Source: Betaproteobacteria bacterium
Lineage (GTDB): Bacteria; Pseudomonadota; Gammaproteobacteria; Burkholderiales; Eutrophovitaceae
Reading direction: 5' to 3'
DNA: 64,000 bases
Assembly: GCA_020346185.1 (NCBI GenBank)
Contig: CP070775.1
Span: 844,528 to 908,527, forward strand
Positions 43,970-52,825 of the stretch are shown here, one piece after another. The translations under genes and the position numbers were made by a program. Below the pieces are notes generated by a model, which ran no database searches, was not told where the DNA came from, and saw nothing but the letters and a program-made list of their open reading frames with translations. Numbering within the stretch: position 1 is the first letter of the stretch; each line of letters begins with the position of its first letter.

Positions 43970-44142
43970 GGTGATACGTCCTCTTCGATTAGCATGTACT
44001 TCAGGTTACTGTCTGCAGTTACAAATTCGAGTAGGTGCACTGTAGGGGTACCATCGTCAAAAATCTGCGGCGAATGACGCGAAATGCCTGTGCAATAGTT
44101 ACGAAATGCGGCAAGCTAGCCGAGCTTTCAGCAAAAAAGAAC

Positions 44143-44937
44143 ATGAATACACAGCAAAACGGCAGAAAGTTCCACATCGGTAGCTTCGAAATCGATGTAA
44201 TCGTTCACGGCTTTCCAGGAAAAAGCGTCTGTCACGGGCCGCTCGGCTTCAGCACTATCGCGTTGGTGCGTCACGGCAATCGCCTAGCCCTGGTCGACGT
44301 CGGCGGATTCGGACAACGCTTGCTGTTGCAGGACCGCTTGACCAAGCTTGGCCTGAAGCCTGCCGACATCACGGACGTCTTGCTGACCCATTCGCATTAC
44401 GATCACGCCATCAACTGGCTCTTGTTCCCCAATGCCAACGTCGTGATTGGCCAGGACGAGTTGAAGTGGTCACTGGAGCAACCGTGGGGTGAAACATTCG
44501 TACCGGAGCTGTATATGCGCGAACTGCAGCAATCACCGCAGCTGTGTGAGGTAACAACAGGTGACGAAGTCTTTCCCGGAATCACCGCGCACATGACACC
44601 GGGCCATACGCCCGGTAGTCTCATATTCGTGCTTAAGGCGGGCGAACGCGACATCGTATTTACCGGTGATGCCTGCAAGAACCGAGCGGAACTCGTGTCA
44701 CGTACTGCTGACATGACCTACGACAAGGAGATCACTCGGGAATCCATCGGGAGAATCTGGGACTTCTGGTCACGTCGCTCGGGCAGCGTCCTGATTCCGG
44801 GCCACGACCTACCGATGGTTCAGGAAGACGGCAAGGTCCGCTACCTCGGTGAGCGCGAAGCGGCAATTCGTGCGTGGTACAGCGAGGATCTCAATAAGAC
44901 GACTGTGATCTCGCTTAACGAGACTAAGGGTCAATAA
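44143..44937 (+). CDS. MBL-fold metallo-hydrolase
   Basis: ORF 44035-44937. Likely start MNTQQNGRKF at ATG 44143. The HxHxDH motif is LLTHSHYDHAINW, with later ligands TPGHTPGS and IPGHD. Confidence 0.75.
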   Translation: MNTQQNGRKFHIGSFEIDVIVHGFPGKSVCHGPLGFSTIALVRHGNRLALVDVGGFGQRLLLQDRLTKLGLKPADITDVLLTHSHYDHAINWLLFPNANVVIGQDELKWSLEQPWGETFVPELYMRELQQSPQLCEVTTGDEVFPGITAHMTPGHTPGSLIFVLKAGERDIVFTGDACKNRAELVSRTADMTYDKEITRESIGRIWDFWSRRSGSVLIPGHDLPMVQEDGKVRYLGEREAAIRAWYSEDLNKTTVISLNETKGQ

Positions 44938-45045
44938 GCTCATTAAGGCAAAAACATCTGTAAACGGCAGGAAGGCGCCGTCGCTTGCGATCGGATATTT
45001 GACGGCGCACAACGATATTTGCCGCAACTTTTATGGAGGCGCGTT

Positions 45046-45783
45046 ATGAAAGTGAACGACGTCACAAAGAAAAGCCGTCGTCGATTCCTGGCACTTGTTG
45101 GTGCTGCTTCGGCGACCCTGGCACTCAACGGTTTGCCTTTTGCGCTTGCCGCTACCAACAGAACCAAAATCGGCATCATTGGTTCCGGCAAGGTCGGCGG
45201 GGCCATCGGCAGCGTGTGGGTCAAAGCAGGCCACGAAGTCATGTTCTCATCGCGCCACATCAAACACGACAGGGAGCTAGCCATTAAACTCGGCGCCAAT
45301 GCATATGCCGGTACGCCGCGCGAAGCTGCAGCTTTTGGCGAAGTGGAGATGATCTCGGTGCCATACCACGCGCTGCCCGACGTTCGCGAGAACGTGGGCG
45401 ATCTGGTCAAGGGCAAAGTGGTAATCGATACCTGCAACCCGTTCGTGTGGCGTGACGGAGAACTCGCAGCCTGGGCTCGTGAAAAAGGCGCCGGTCTCGC
45501 CTCACTTGAACTCCTTCCTGGCGCACGCATTGTCCGCGCCTTCAATGCAATTAGCTACGTCAGTATGGGCAGGGCACACGAGCAGCCAGGCCGCTTCGGC
45601 ATGCCGATCGCGAGCGATGACGCTGGCGCTGTCGCAATTGCCTCACCACTGATACGCGACGTCGGATACGAGCCTGTTTTGGTCGGCGGGATGGAAATGG
45701 GGAAATATTTGATGCCTGGAACGCCGCTTGCGGGCGAACGTACACCGGAAGAGATCCGGGAGATCGCCGCAACGTTGAGCTAA
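45046..45783 (+). CDS. NAD(P)-binding Rossmann protein (NADPH-dependent F420 reductase / P5C-reductase-like fold) with a twin-arginine signal peptide
   Basis: ORF 45019-45783. Likely start MKVNDVTKK at ATG 45046, with SD GGAGG 8 nt upstream. The Tat motif SRRRFLALVGAASATLALNGLPFALA is followed directly by the dinucleotide fold KIGIIGSGKVGGAIG. Confidence 0.7.
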   Translation: MKVNDVTKKSRRRFLALVGAASATLALNGLPFALAATNRTKIGIIGSGKVGGAIGSVWVKAGHEVMFSSRHIKHDRELAIKLGANAYAGTPREAAAFGEVEMISVPYHALPDVRENVGDLVKGKVVIDTCNPFVWRDGELAAWAREKGAGLASLELLPGARIVRAFNAISYVSMGRAHEQPGRFGMPIASDDAGAVAIASPLIRDVGYEPVLVGGMEMGKYLMPGTPLAGERTPEEIREIAATLS

Positions 45784-45859
45784 TGGCGCCCCTAAGCTGC
45801 GACCGACAAAACGGGCTTCACTTTGTTGGTTCCGCTGCATGCGCTCGTTATGCGTGCTG

Positions 45860-46271
45860 TCAGGAGGTAAACATTTCTATCACCTCCGCTCCGGTCATTT
45901 GTTTCGTCTCGTTGGCAAAGCTGTAGAAAGAGGACTTCATGTTGACAAATACCTGCAATCCGAAACTGAAGTCATCTTGCTTCTCGAACAGGCCGGCAGG
46001 TATTTCACGCTCTTGGCCGTCGTTCAGTCGATAAGAAAGGTGACCACTACAGGTCTCGCACAATCCCCGCTCAGCACAGTCAGATGCGTCATAAGCCGAA
46101 ATATTTTCCTGCTCCTCAAGAACAATCTCGTTCCTGCAACAAACCGACATCAAAGCACCGCCGCCCCAACGCCTGCATATTCCACAATGAGCAGGCGTCA
46201 ACGTGATTCGTCAGTTCCTCTACCGTGAACCGCACCGAGCCACACAGGCGGCTTGCTTTTGCTTCAGACAT
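45860..46271 (-). pseudogene. GFA family (glutathione-dependent formaldehyde-activating / CENP-V-like) gene with an apparent +1 frameshift
   Basis: ATG 46271 opens MSEAKASRLCGSVRFTVEELTNHVDAC. The rest (HCGICRRWGGGALM...LCETCSGHL) continues in ORF 45860-46201, one frame away. The DNA reads GAC GCC TGC T CAT TGT GGA ATA TGC, so one extra base near 46190 splits the CxCxxC zinc motif. Confidence 0.55.
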
Positions 46272-46390
46272 TCTTCCTGCAACTTTTCGCCCAGTAAGCG
46301 GGCGTAACGCTGCGATTCGTGTCCGCTACGCACAGCGAGCTGAATACTCGGAAGAAACCCAACAACAGGCCGCCAGGCAGCTTGCCCGCG

Positions 46391-46888
46391 CTATTTCTTG
46401 TGCTTTTTGAGCACCTCGATAATTGTAGTAACCAGAGTTGCAGCGCTCGCCAGGCCGCCGCCGAGGCCACCGCCCGCCACAGAAGAGATACCGCTTCGGA
46501 GACGCTTCACTCCCTCCCCGATTTCAGCAAACTCCCTCCTGACCTCATCCACATCTTCGGTCAGGTCGGCCAAGGCCATCTCGCGAATCTCCTGAACCAG
46601 CTTTTCTTCAGGTCCAGCGCGAACGCGACTGGCGGCAAAAACCACTACGAGTGCCAGCAACGCGTTTGCGCCGGCGAGAATGAATGCCGAAGTTGCCGCG
46701 TTCAAACGCTCGACGAGCATGTGATAGGTACCGACATTGAGTAGGACAACTGTCAGCAAAACCAATCCAATAGCGACCGCATAGAATGCGGCACGGTGAG
46801 CAGCACGCTGGGCACTGATTTTCGCGAGCGTCATCTCGGCTCGCGCGAGTATTCTCATCTTCGTTACTGTTTCGTCCATTTCGCTCAC
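46391..46888 (-). CDS. Two-TM membrane protein, holin-X / YqjE-like (DUF1469-type)
   Basis: 165-aa ORF. It has an amphipathic N-terminus, two long hydrophobic helices (AFYAVAIGLVLLTVVLLNV, AFILAGANALLALVVVFAA) and a charged C-terminal region. It starts 1 nt after the upstream YqjD-like gene. Confidence 0.45.
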   Translation of the reverse strand: MSEMDETVTKMRILARAEMTLAKISAQRAAHRAAFYAVAIGLVLLTVVLLNVGTYHMLVERLNAATSAFILAGANALLALVVVFAASRVRAGPEEKLVQEIREMALADLTEDVDEVRREFAEIGEGVKRLRSGISSVAGGGLGGGLASAATLVTTIIEVLKKHKK

Positions 46889-46889
46889 C

Positions 46890-47159
46890 TCAACGCATGA
46901 ACCGGCCCATCAGGATACCGAGCGCGAATACTACCAATGCTGTGACTGCGGGCATATCGCGCACCTCATCCTGAAGCATCTTCAAAAGTTCATCGATTTC
47001 GTTTTTAAACGCAGCGTCAGACTCTTCGGGTTCAGACGTTGAACTGGACTCTTTCTCGCCCGGCGAATTCGTCGACTTCTGTTCCGCACGTGCTTTTGAA
47101 AGCGCTGCTACCTGCTGACGAAGTTGCTCCAGTTCTTTGTGCAACTGTGGATTAGTCAT
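46890..47159 (-). CDS. Tail-anchored coiled-coil protein, YqjD/ElaB (DUF883)-like
   Basis: 89-aa ORF. It has a helical, charged N-terminal part and a single C-terminal TM ending in basic residues (MPAVTALVVFALGILMGRFMR), as in ElaB/YqjD. Confidence 0.4.
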   Translation of the reverse strand: MTNPQLHKELEQLRQQVAALSKARAEQKSTNSPGEKESSSTSEPEESDAAFKNEIDELLKMLQDEVRDMPAVTALVVFALGILMGRFMR

Positions 47160-47287
47160 TGCGTTTTCCTCATGTCGGTATCGGTCGCATTTACCTGGTG
47201 ACGTCCCTCACTCGTAGATCGCTTTATGAGAGCGTGGCTGTCTAGCGGGAGCCGTGAAGCAATGCACCGTAGTACAGACGGGTTTAG

Positions 47288-48220
47288 CTAGCGCGGGACC
47301 TCGCCCAACACCGTTGTACGGTACATTTCTCTCCGAAATCCGTCATAGTCATTGAATGCCTGGTGGACGCAGATACGGTTATCCCACACCGTGAACGTCT
47401 TCGGCTCCCAGCGCAAACGGCAACTGAAGGCCGGTTGCGATACGTGGTGCTTCAGAAAGCGCAGTAGCGCTTCAGCCTCCGCGGGCGTCATGCCTTGAAT
47501 GCCATGCGAGTATGTTTGGTCCACATACAGCGCCTTCTCGCCGGTCTTTGGATGGGTGCGCACGATTGGATGGTACCAACCGGCAACCATCTTGTTCGTG
47601 TTGATATCGAGTTCGATGTTGCCGAAACCGGTGCCGCCCGTCTCCTGGCCTGCCATTGTCCTCGCTTTGGCTTCTTTCTGTAGCTCGCTGACAACGCCGA
47701 CTGCGGTCATGTGCACCCTAAGGGGTGCCAGCACCTGTCTCATCGTGTCGCTCAGACAGTTATAGGCCAATACGGTGTTACACCACATGGTGTCGCCACC
47801 GTAAGGTGGGATATCGGCACCGAACAGCATGCTGATGGCAGGCGGCGTTTCCATGAATGGCGAGTCAGTATGCCAGCCGCTGCCGAAGAGCATGCGGATA
47901 CGCGTATCCGCTTCCTTGATCACGGGTTGGACGTTGCGGTGACCGGGTACACCTTTGGTATAGGCGTCAATGCCAAAGTCACCAAAGCGCAAGGTGAAGT
48001 TCTCCTGATCTGCATGAGTCATATCCTGATCGCGGAAAAAAATCATCTTGTGCCGGTACAGTGCGTCCTCGATTTCAGCGAACTGCGCGTCGGTGAGTTT
48101 GCCGATCTGCACATCTCGTATTTCTGCCCCCATCGCCGCCGCCAGAGGCAGTGCTTCGATGTGTTCGTAATCGCGGGCGCTGTTGTCAAAACCCGTGCTC
48201 GGATGAAGTTCGAGTTCCAT
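47288..48220 (-). CDS. TauD/TfdA family Fe(II)/2-oxoglutarate-dependent dioxygenase
   Basis: 310-aa ORF. The HxD iron motif is in GWHTDSPFMETPP, followed by GGDTMWCN. The distal His context VWDNRICVHQA and a C-terminal R..YR are present. Confidence 0.85.
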   Translation of the reverse strand: MELELHPSTGFDNSARDYEHIEALPLAAAMGAEIRDVQIGKLTDAQFAEIEDALYRHKMIFFRDQDMTHADQENFTLRFGDFGIDAYTKGVPGHRNVQPVIKEADTRIRMLFGSGWHTDSPFMETPPAISMLFGADIPPYGGDTMWCNTVLAYNCLSDTMRQVLAPLRVHMTAVGVVSELQKEAKARTMAGQETGGTGFGNIELDINTNKMVAGWYHPIVRTHPKTGEKALYVDQTYSHGIQGMTPAEAEALLRFLKHHVSQPAFSCRLRWEPKTFTVWDNRICVHQAFNDYDGFRREMYRTTVLGEVPR

Positions 48221-48278
48221 CGTCTCTCTTCCAGGTCGTGTTACTCAAGAGAAGGCGCGCCGGCCCCATCGGCCACAC

Positions 48279-49160
48279 TCACAAGAGCGATATTACCGCT
48301 GCAGCGAACGCTTGCGGCGCTTCCTGTGGCAGGTTGTGCCCCGCACGGGGAATGATACGGCGCTTGTACGGCCCACTGAAATACTGGTCATGGGGTTCCG
48401 ATACGCACGAGGGCAACACACCGTCGTCGCTTCCATGGACGACAACCGTCGGCACGGTGATCGCTGGTAATGCGCTCAACCGCTCTTCTGTCTCTTCGAG
48501 CGCCGGATCTCCGGCAACGAGTGCGAATCGATGGCGATAAGAGTGAATCACTACCGCTGCGAAATCCGGGTTGTCGAACGAAGCTGCGGTGCGTTCGTAC
48601 GTCGCCTCATCAAAGCGCCAGCCCGGTGACCAAAGGCGCCACAGCAGTCTGCACAGTTCGAGGCGGTACCGATGCAGGCTGGCCTGGCCACGCTCACTGT
48701 GAAAATAGTACTGGTACCACAATGCGTGCTCGAATTCCGGCGGCAACGGTTCGCTGGAAGCACGAATGTCCTGAATGTTGTATCCACCACCCGAAACGAG
48801 CCCCTGAGCGCGCTCAGGCCACAGCGCAGCGACAATGCAGGCCGCTCGTCCTCCCCAGTCGTATCCCGCCAAAACCGCACGGGAGATCTGCAGCGCATCC
48901 ATGAACGCGATCAGGTCGTGCCCCAGCGCGGATTGCTGACCGGAGCGCTGGGTGGTATAGGAAAGGAAGCGGGTCGGACCATAGCCGCGCAACCAGGGTG
49001 TCAAAACACGGCATCCCTTGGATACCAGCAGCGGCGTCACCTCGTCGTAGGCATGCACGTCATACGGAAAGCCATGCAGCAAAATCAACGGTTTGCCGTT
49101 GGCCGGGCCACTGTCCTGGTAACCGACGTCGAGTACGCCCGCTTTCGCTTGCTTCAACAT
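48279..49160 (-). CDS. Alpha/beta hydrolase, epoxide hydrolase / haloalkane dehalogenase-like
   Basis: ORF 48279-49211 (-). Likely start MLKQAKAGVLDVGY at ATG 49160. The oxyanion motif is LLHGFPYD, the Asp nucleophile elbow is GYDWGG, and the C-terminus carries AGHNLPQE. Confidence 0.8.
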   Translation of the reverse strand: MLKQAKAGVLDVGYQDSGPANGKPLILLHGFPYDVHAYDEVTPLLVSKGCRVLTPWLRGYGPTRFLSYTTQRSGQQSALGHDLIAFMDALQISRAVLAGYDWGGRAACIVAALWPERAQGLVSGGGYNIQDIRASSEPLPPEFEHALWYQYYFHSERGQASLHRYRLELCRLLWRLWSPGWRFDEATYERTAASFDNPDFAAVVIHSYRHRFALVAGDPALEETEERLSALPAITVPTVVVHGSDDGVLPSCVSEPHDQYFSGPYKRRIIPRAGHNLPQEAPQAFAAAVISLL

Positions 49161-49313
49161 GCGAATCCTTTGCCGCGTCAAAACCTGGCCGGCTCGCTGC
49201 GCAACCGGCAAGGTGTCAAAGCTACAAAGGATAACGCCCGACTAACGTCTCGAACACTCCGGAAAACACTCGGACCGGCTCGGAAGCAGCGTACGCCGGA
49301 TACGATTTAGAAA

Positions 49314-50495
49314 CTACTGCAGGTGGGAAACCTCCGTATCGGGCCTGAATGCCAGCCAGGCGAACGCGAAGTGCACACCGCCCGGTACCGGATCGAGTTT
49401 TTCGCCTGCGCGTGGTCCGGCGATCGATTGCCCGAACAGATCCCACTCCGAGCCGGTCTGCTCGTCAAAAATCCGGCCATCCCGCACAATGAAGGTATAC
49501 ACACCTTCATTGCCGCTGCGGCGAAAAGCAACCGCCGCCGGTACGGTTCGCGATTCCGCGATCCGGCCAGCATCGAGCGCGGAGCGCACCCCATCTTTAG
49601 TGAATACGACGTAGGGCACGCCAACAAATTCACTATTGATCACCGGGTGCCGTTCCAGTTCCGAGAAGGGATGCACGCGATGCTGATCACCGACCGAGAT
49701 TCCCAGCACGCGTTCCATCGGCGGCAGTCGTGGATCGGCCGGGTCGTCCAACAGAAACGGTGTCTGCTTGATGTTGTCGTAGCCGCGATACGGGTTGTGA
49801 CCATAGGGACGGCTGAATCCGGTCGCGCGGGACAACACTTTTCCTGACGGGTAGGCAGCACGAAAATCAGCGAACGAGGTGATCTGCGACCGCACTTCGG
49901 TTAGTTCGGTGCCGGCATATTGTCCAACAATGCCCTTGCCAGTGAACTGCTGCCACCAGCTTTCTGTTTGCCGGTCATACATCACCAGGTCACTCATCCT
50001 GAGGCGGCCGGTAGTACCGAAATCGAGTGTTGCCCCATCGAGCTCGCGCTCGAACACGATCGACGCATTGCACAATGGACAGAATGTCACCGCCACTGGC
50101 AAGCCACCAACGCGGTCGTTGACGATCTCGTGGTACATCAGGATCTGCAGCGGGTAAGCGCGCGCGTCATCATCAATTCGAACGACAATGACCGGTTCAT
50201 CGTTATTGAGCCAGGCACCCGCCGCACCAGTCGATACGAAGCGCGGCTGATCGATCGCCGGTATGCCATCCTTTGGCGGACCGCCAGACTGAATCTCGTC
50301 GAGTTCAACGATACGTTGAGAGAAGTCAGTGTTTGGCCACTCGGCAACCAGGCTTGGCGGAGCCGCGGCACCTCTTTCTACCGCCAGCGCCTGAGCCGGC
50401 TCGGACACCCGCTCGCAGCCACCCAACCACAGGGTGAGCAGCGCCACGGGCACAATGACACCATAAATAAATGGCCTTATGCAACTAGCCGGCAT
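49314..50495 (-). CDS. DUF3179 domain lipoprotein
   Basis: ORF 49314-50642 (-). Likely start MPASCIRPFIYGVIVPVALLTLWLGGCE (lipobox) at ATG 50495. GGPPKDGIPAIDQPRFV and AVTFCPLCN are typical of DUF3179. Confidence 0.7.
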   Translation of the reverse strand: MPASCIRPFIYGVIVPVALLTLWLGGCERVSEPAQALAVERGAAAPPSLVAEWPNTDFSQRIVELDEIQSGGPPKDGIPAIDQPRFVSTGAAGAWLNNDEPVIVVRIDDDARAYPLQILMYHEIVNDRVGGLPVAVTFCPLCNASIVFERELDGATLDFGTTGRLRMSDLVMYDRQTESWWQQFTGKGIVGQYAGTELTEVRSQITSFADFRAAYPSGKVLSRATGFSRPYGHNPYRGYDNIKQTPFLLDDPADPRLPPMERVLGISVGDQHRVHPFSELERHPVINSEFVGVPYVVFTKDGVRSALDAGRIAESRTVPAAVAFRRSGNEGVYTFIVRDGRIFDEQTGSEWDLFGQSIAGPRAGEKLDPVPGGVHFAFAWLAFRPDTEVSHLQ

Positions 50496-50553
50496 AGGCA
50501 ATCTCCTGCAAAACGTATTGCCCAATTTACGTTTGTAACGTGCAGGCAGATGC

Positions 50554-50853
50554 CTAGGGCCTGTTAACACATATTGGATCGGCGCGACGGTGGTCAGTTT
50601 GGTGTGAGACAAGGCGCAGTGAGCGCGGTGTGGCCATTTCACATAAGCAAGCTGTAACGCAGGATCGCACCAGTTCTGATTGAACCGGTGTGGGCCCGTC
50701 CCAGGATTCTCTCAGACAAGGCGTTGCTCCCAAAATGGGGGCAGGCAAGGCGCAAGGAGTGCGGTTTGGCTATTCCAAATAAACGACGAGCAACACAGCA
50801 TGGCGCCATTCTGGGAGCAACGCATCGACCCAATATGTGTTAGCAGGCCCTAG
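50554..50853. mobile_element. MITE-like non-autonomous element (300 bp, 24-bp terminal inverted repeats)
   Basis: Left end is CTAGGGCCTGTTAACACATATTGG (50554-50577). Right end is CCAATATGTGTTAGCAGGCCCTAG (50830-50853). They are reverse complements at 23 of 24 positions. The interior has no credible ORF and contains sub-repeats. TA abuts GGGCC at both ends. Confidence 0.45.
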
Positions 50854-50854
50854 C

Positions 50855-51655
50855 TTACTTGACGATCACGACCTCCAGGTAGTCGGCACTGACCAGCAAC
50901 GTGTCGTCATCGGACTGGTTGAACCGATCAAGAATACCGTTCAACTCGGTGAGAAATTCCGCGTAGCCCCCATCATCGAGATTTTCGCGCACACGCATGA
51001 TCGGCCCGAACCAGGTACCGAAGACATCGATCCAGTGTTGATTATCGCGAAAGCGAAACAACGCGCTGCGCCGTGCCGAGTGCATTGACGACGTCGCTTC
51101 GCCAAACAATTCAATAAGACGTTTCTCGGTGCCCCATTCGGGTGGCGGCCGCACCCCCGTTGGTGGTGGCAGGTACCGCCCGACAAGTGCAAACGTCTGT
51201 CCCCAGAAGCCATCCGGTGTCCAGTTACCCATGCCGATAAGACCGCCGCGCCGGCAAACGCGGATCAGTTCCCGCGCCGCCTTTTCCTGATCCGGCGCGA
51301 ACATCGAACCGTAAAGCGACAACACCCGATCGAACGATTCATCGGCAAACGGGATCTGCTCGCAGTCAGCAACTTCAAATTTCGCTGGCAGCCCCTCGGC
51401 CTCTGCGCGAAGCCGCGCACGTTCGATCAGTGCTGGCACGTAGTCAATGCCGACCGCTTCGCAATTGCGACGTGCCGCCGACAAAGCGACGTTACCGGAG
51501 CCCGCCGCAACATCGAGTATCTTGTGACCAGCGCGCAGGTCAACCGCTTCGCACAACAGTTCACCTGGATACACAGTGTTCCAGCCGATAACTGCGAAAT
51601 CGCCGGTCGCCCAGGTTTGCTGTTGCTTCTGTTTGACAACCTCCAGATCAAGCAT
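50855..51655 (-). CDS. Class I SAM-dependent methyltransferase
   Basis: 266-aa ORF. Motif I is ILDVAAGSGNVAL and the post-I acidic residue is in GIDYVP. It starts 14 nt after the DUF2235 stop. Confidence 0.8.
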   Translation of the reverse strand: MLDLEVVKQKQQQTWATGDFAVIGWNTVYPGELLCEAVDLRAGHKILDVAAGSGNVALSAARRNCEAVGIDYVPALIERARLRAEAEGLPAKFEVADCEQIPFADESFDRVLSLYGSMFAPDQEKAARELIRVCRRGGLIGMGNWTPDGFWGQTFALVGRYLPPPTGVRPPPEWGTEKRLIELFGEATSSMHSARRSALFRFRDNQHWIDVFGTWFGPIMRVRENLDDGGYAEFLTELNGILDRFNQSDDDTLLVSADYLEVVIVK

Positions 51656-51669
51656 TGTTCATCCCCGAT

Positions 51670-52707
51670 TCAGACGACGAGCCTCGACGGCCAACCTCTG
51701 GTACGGATGTAATCTGCGAGGTTCTTCGGCCGATAGGATTTGTCGCGGTCCCAGCGCTGCTTGACGGACTGATGAAGCAACACCTTGTCCTTGCCATGAT
51801 CAATGGGACGCAATACTTTCTTGCGGATGCGGTAATAACTTCGGCGCGATTCGTGCAGCGTGGCGGTCGCTTTCGGCCTGAGCCGCCGCTTCAGATGTGG
51901 CTCGAGCGTTAACCCGGATTTGCTTGCTTCACGCATCATCCAGGCAAGTGTGATATCGGATAACAGCCATCCGCCAGAATCCGGCGAATGGCTGCCACCC
52001 ACATCACTATGCGCTCCGCAGAACCAGACCTGCTTGAGATCAAGCTTGTCGCGAGGATACCAAACAGTCGGTTCGAAGTCGGCACGGCGCTCGTCGATCG
52101 CCATTGCGTGGCGTGCGACGCGCACATTCGACCCGATCTTGGTGTCATAGAATTCGTCCTCGTCATTTAGCAGGCCAAGGAAGGAGAAAGGTATCCCCAT
52201 CGCCCCGACCGTATCCCATACTCCGACGAACTTGACCTCTCTTGAGGCATGTGAGTGGGCCTTTCGAAACGCGATTGATCGACTGCCGCGTGGGACATAA
52301 GCATCGCCTGGGTTCTTGTAATGATCAAACGTGGCCTGAATTAATCGCGCATCAGGACGCTTGAGAATGCCGCAGTTGTTTATCAGCCCGCACAAACTGC
52401 GGACAGTATATGCACCCCGGCTGAAACCAAACAGAAAGATTTCATCGCCGGGCGCATAGTTCTGGACAATGTATCGGTAGTCATCAAGGATATTTTTGTG
52501 CAGCCCTCTGCCAGTGGCACCACCAACGACGCGATCATAGTAAGAACCCACACCCCAGTCGTAAAACACTTGCTGCGACCACGCGCCGCTACCAGCTGGT
52601 CTGATCGCGCGTGCCAGTCGCAGCACATTGGTCGGAAAATCTTTGCCCGGATCTTCCTCGGGGCGATTCCAGGTGCCGTCGGCGCATATCACGATCCTCT
52701 TTGGCAT
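51670..52707 (-). CDS. DUF2235 domain alpha/beta hydrolase (family that includes T6SS Tle1 phospholipases)
   Basis: ORF 51670-52773 (-). Likely start MPKRIVICADGTWNRPEED at ATG 52707. GxSxG is in FLFGFSRGAYTVRS, and VGVWDTVGA is present. Confidence 0.75.
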   Translation of the reverse strand: MPKRIVICADGTWNRPEEDPGKDFPTNVLRLARAIRPAGSGAWSQQVFYDWGVGSYYDRVVGGATGRGLHKNILDDYRYIVQNYAPGDEIFLFGFSRGAYTVRSLCGLINNCGILKRPDARLIQATFDHYKNPGDAYVPRGSRSIAFRKAHSHASREVKFVGVWDTVGAMGIPFSFLGLLNDEDEFYDTKIGSNVRVARHAMAIDERRADFEPTVWYPRDKLDLKQVWFCGAHSDVGGSHSPDSGGWLLSDITLAWMMREASKSGLTLEPHLKRRLRPKATATLHESRRSYYRIRKKVLRPIDHGKDKVLLHQSVKQRWDRDKSYRPKNLADYIRTRGWPSRLVV

Positions 52708-52825
52708 TCCGCTTGCTCCTGAACGCAAACTAGACAGACGCCGCGCATCAGCGTGATACGCCTTGTCCCACACCCATAATCCCGATGCCGTGCAAGGGGT
52801 ACCAGCGTATTGTCAACCAAGACAC

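Noticed and set aside
46264-46470. 68-aa minus-strand ORF as a possible third (YqjK-like) gene of the YqjD/YqjE-like module
   Set aside because: It overlaps the 3' end of the YqjE-like gene by 80 nt in another frame and runs into the GFA gene start. Its composition (Cys, Arg and Ser rich) is unlike YqjK.
50554-50833. ORFs 50554-50748 and 50639-50833 (64 aa each, minus strand)
   Set aside because: They lie inside the inverted-repeat element, have no ribosome-binding site or recognisable family, and overlap each other. I treat them as non-coding.
51670-52707. DUF2235 protein as a type VI secretion phospholipase effector (Tle1) with an immunity gene
   Set aside because: No VgrG, PAAR, Hcp, adaptor or immunity-like lipoprotein is nearby. 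The downstream gene is a cytoplasmic-looking SAM methyltransferase.
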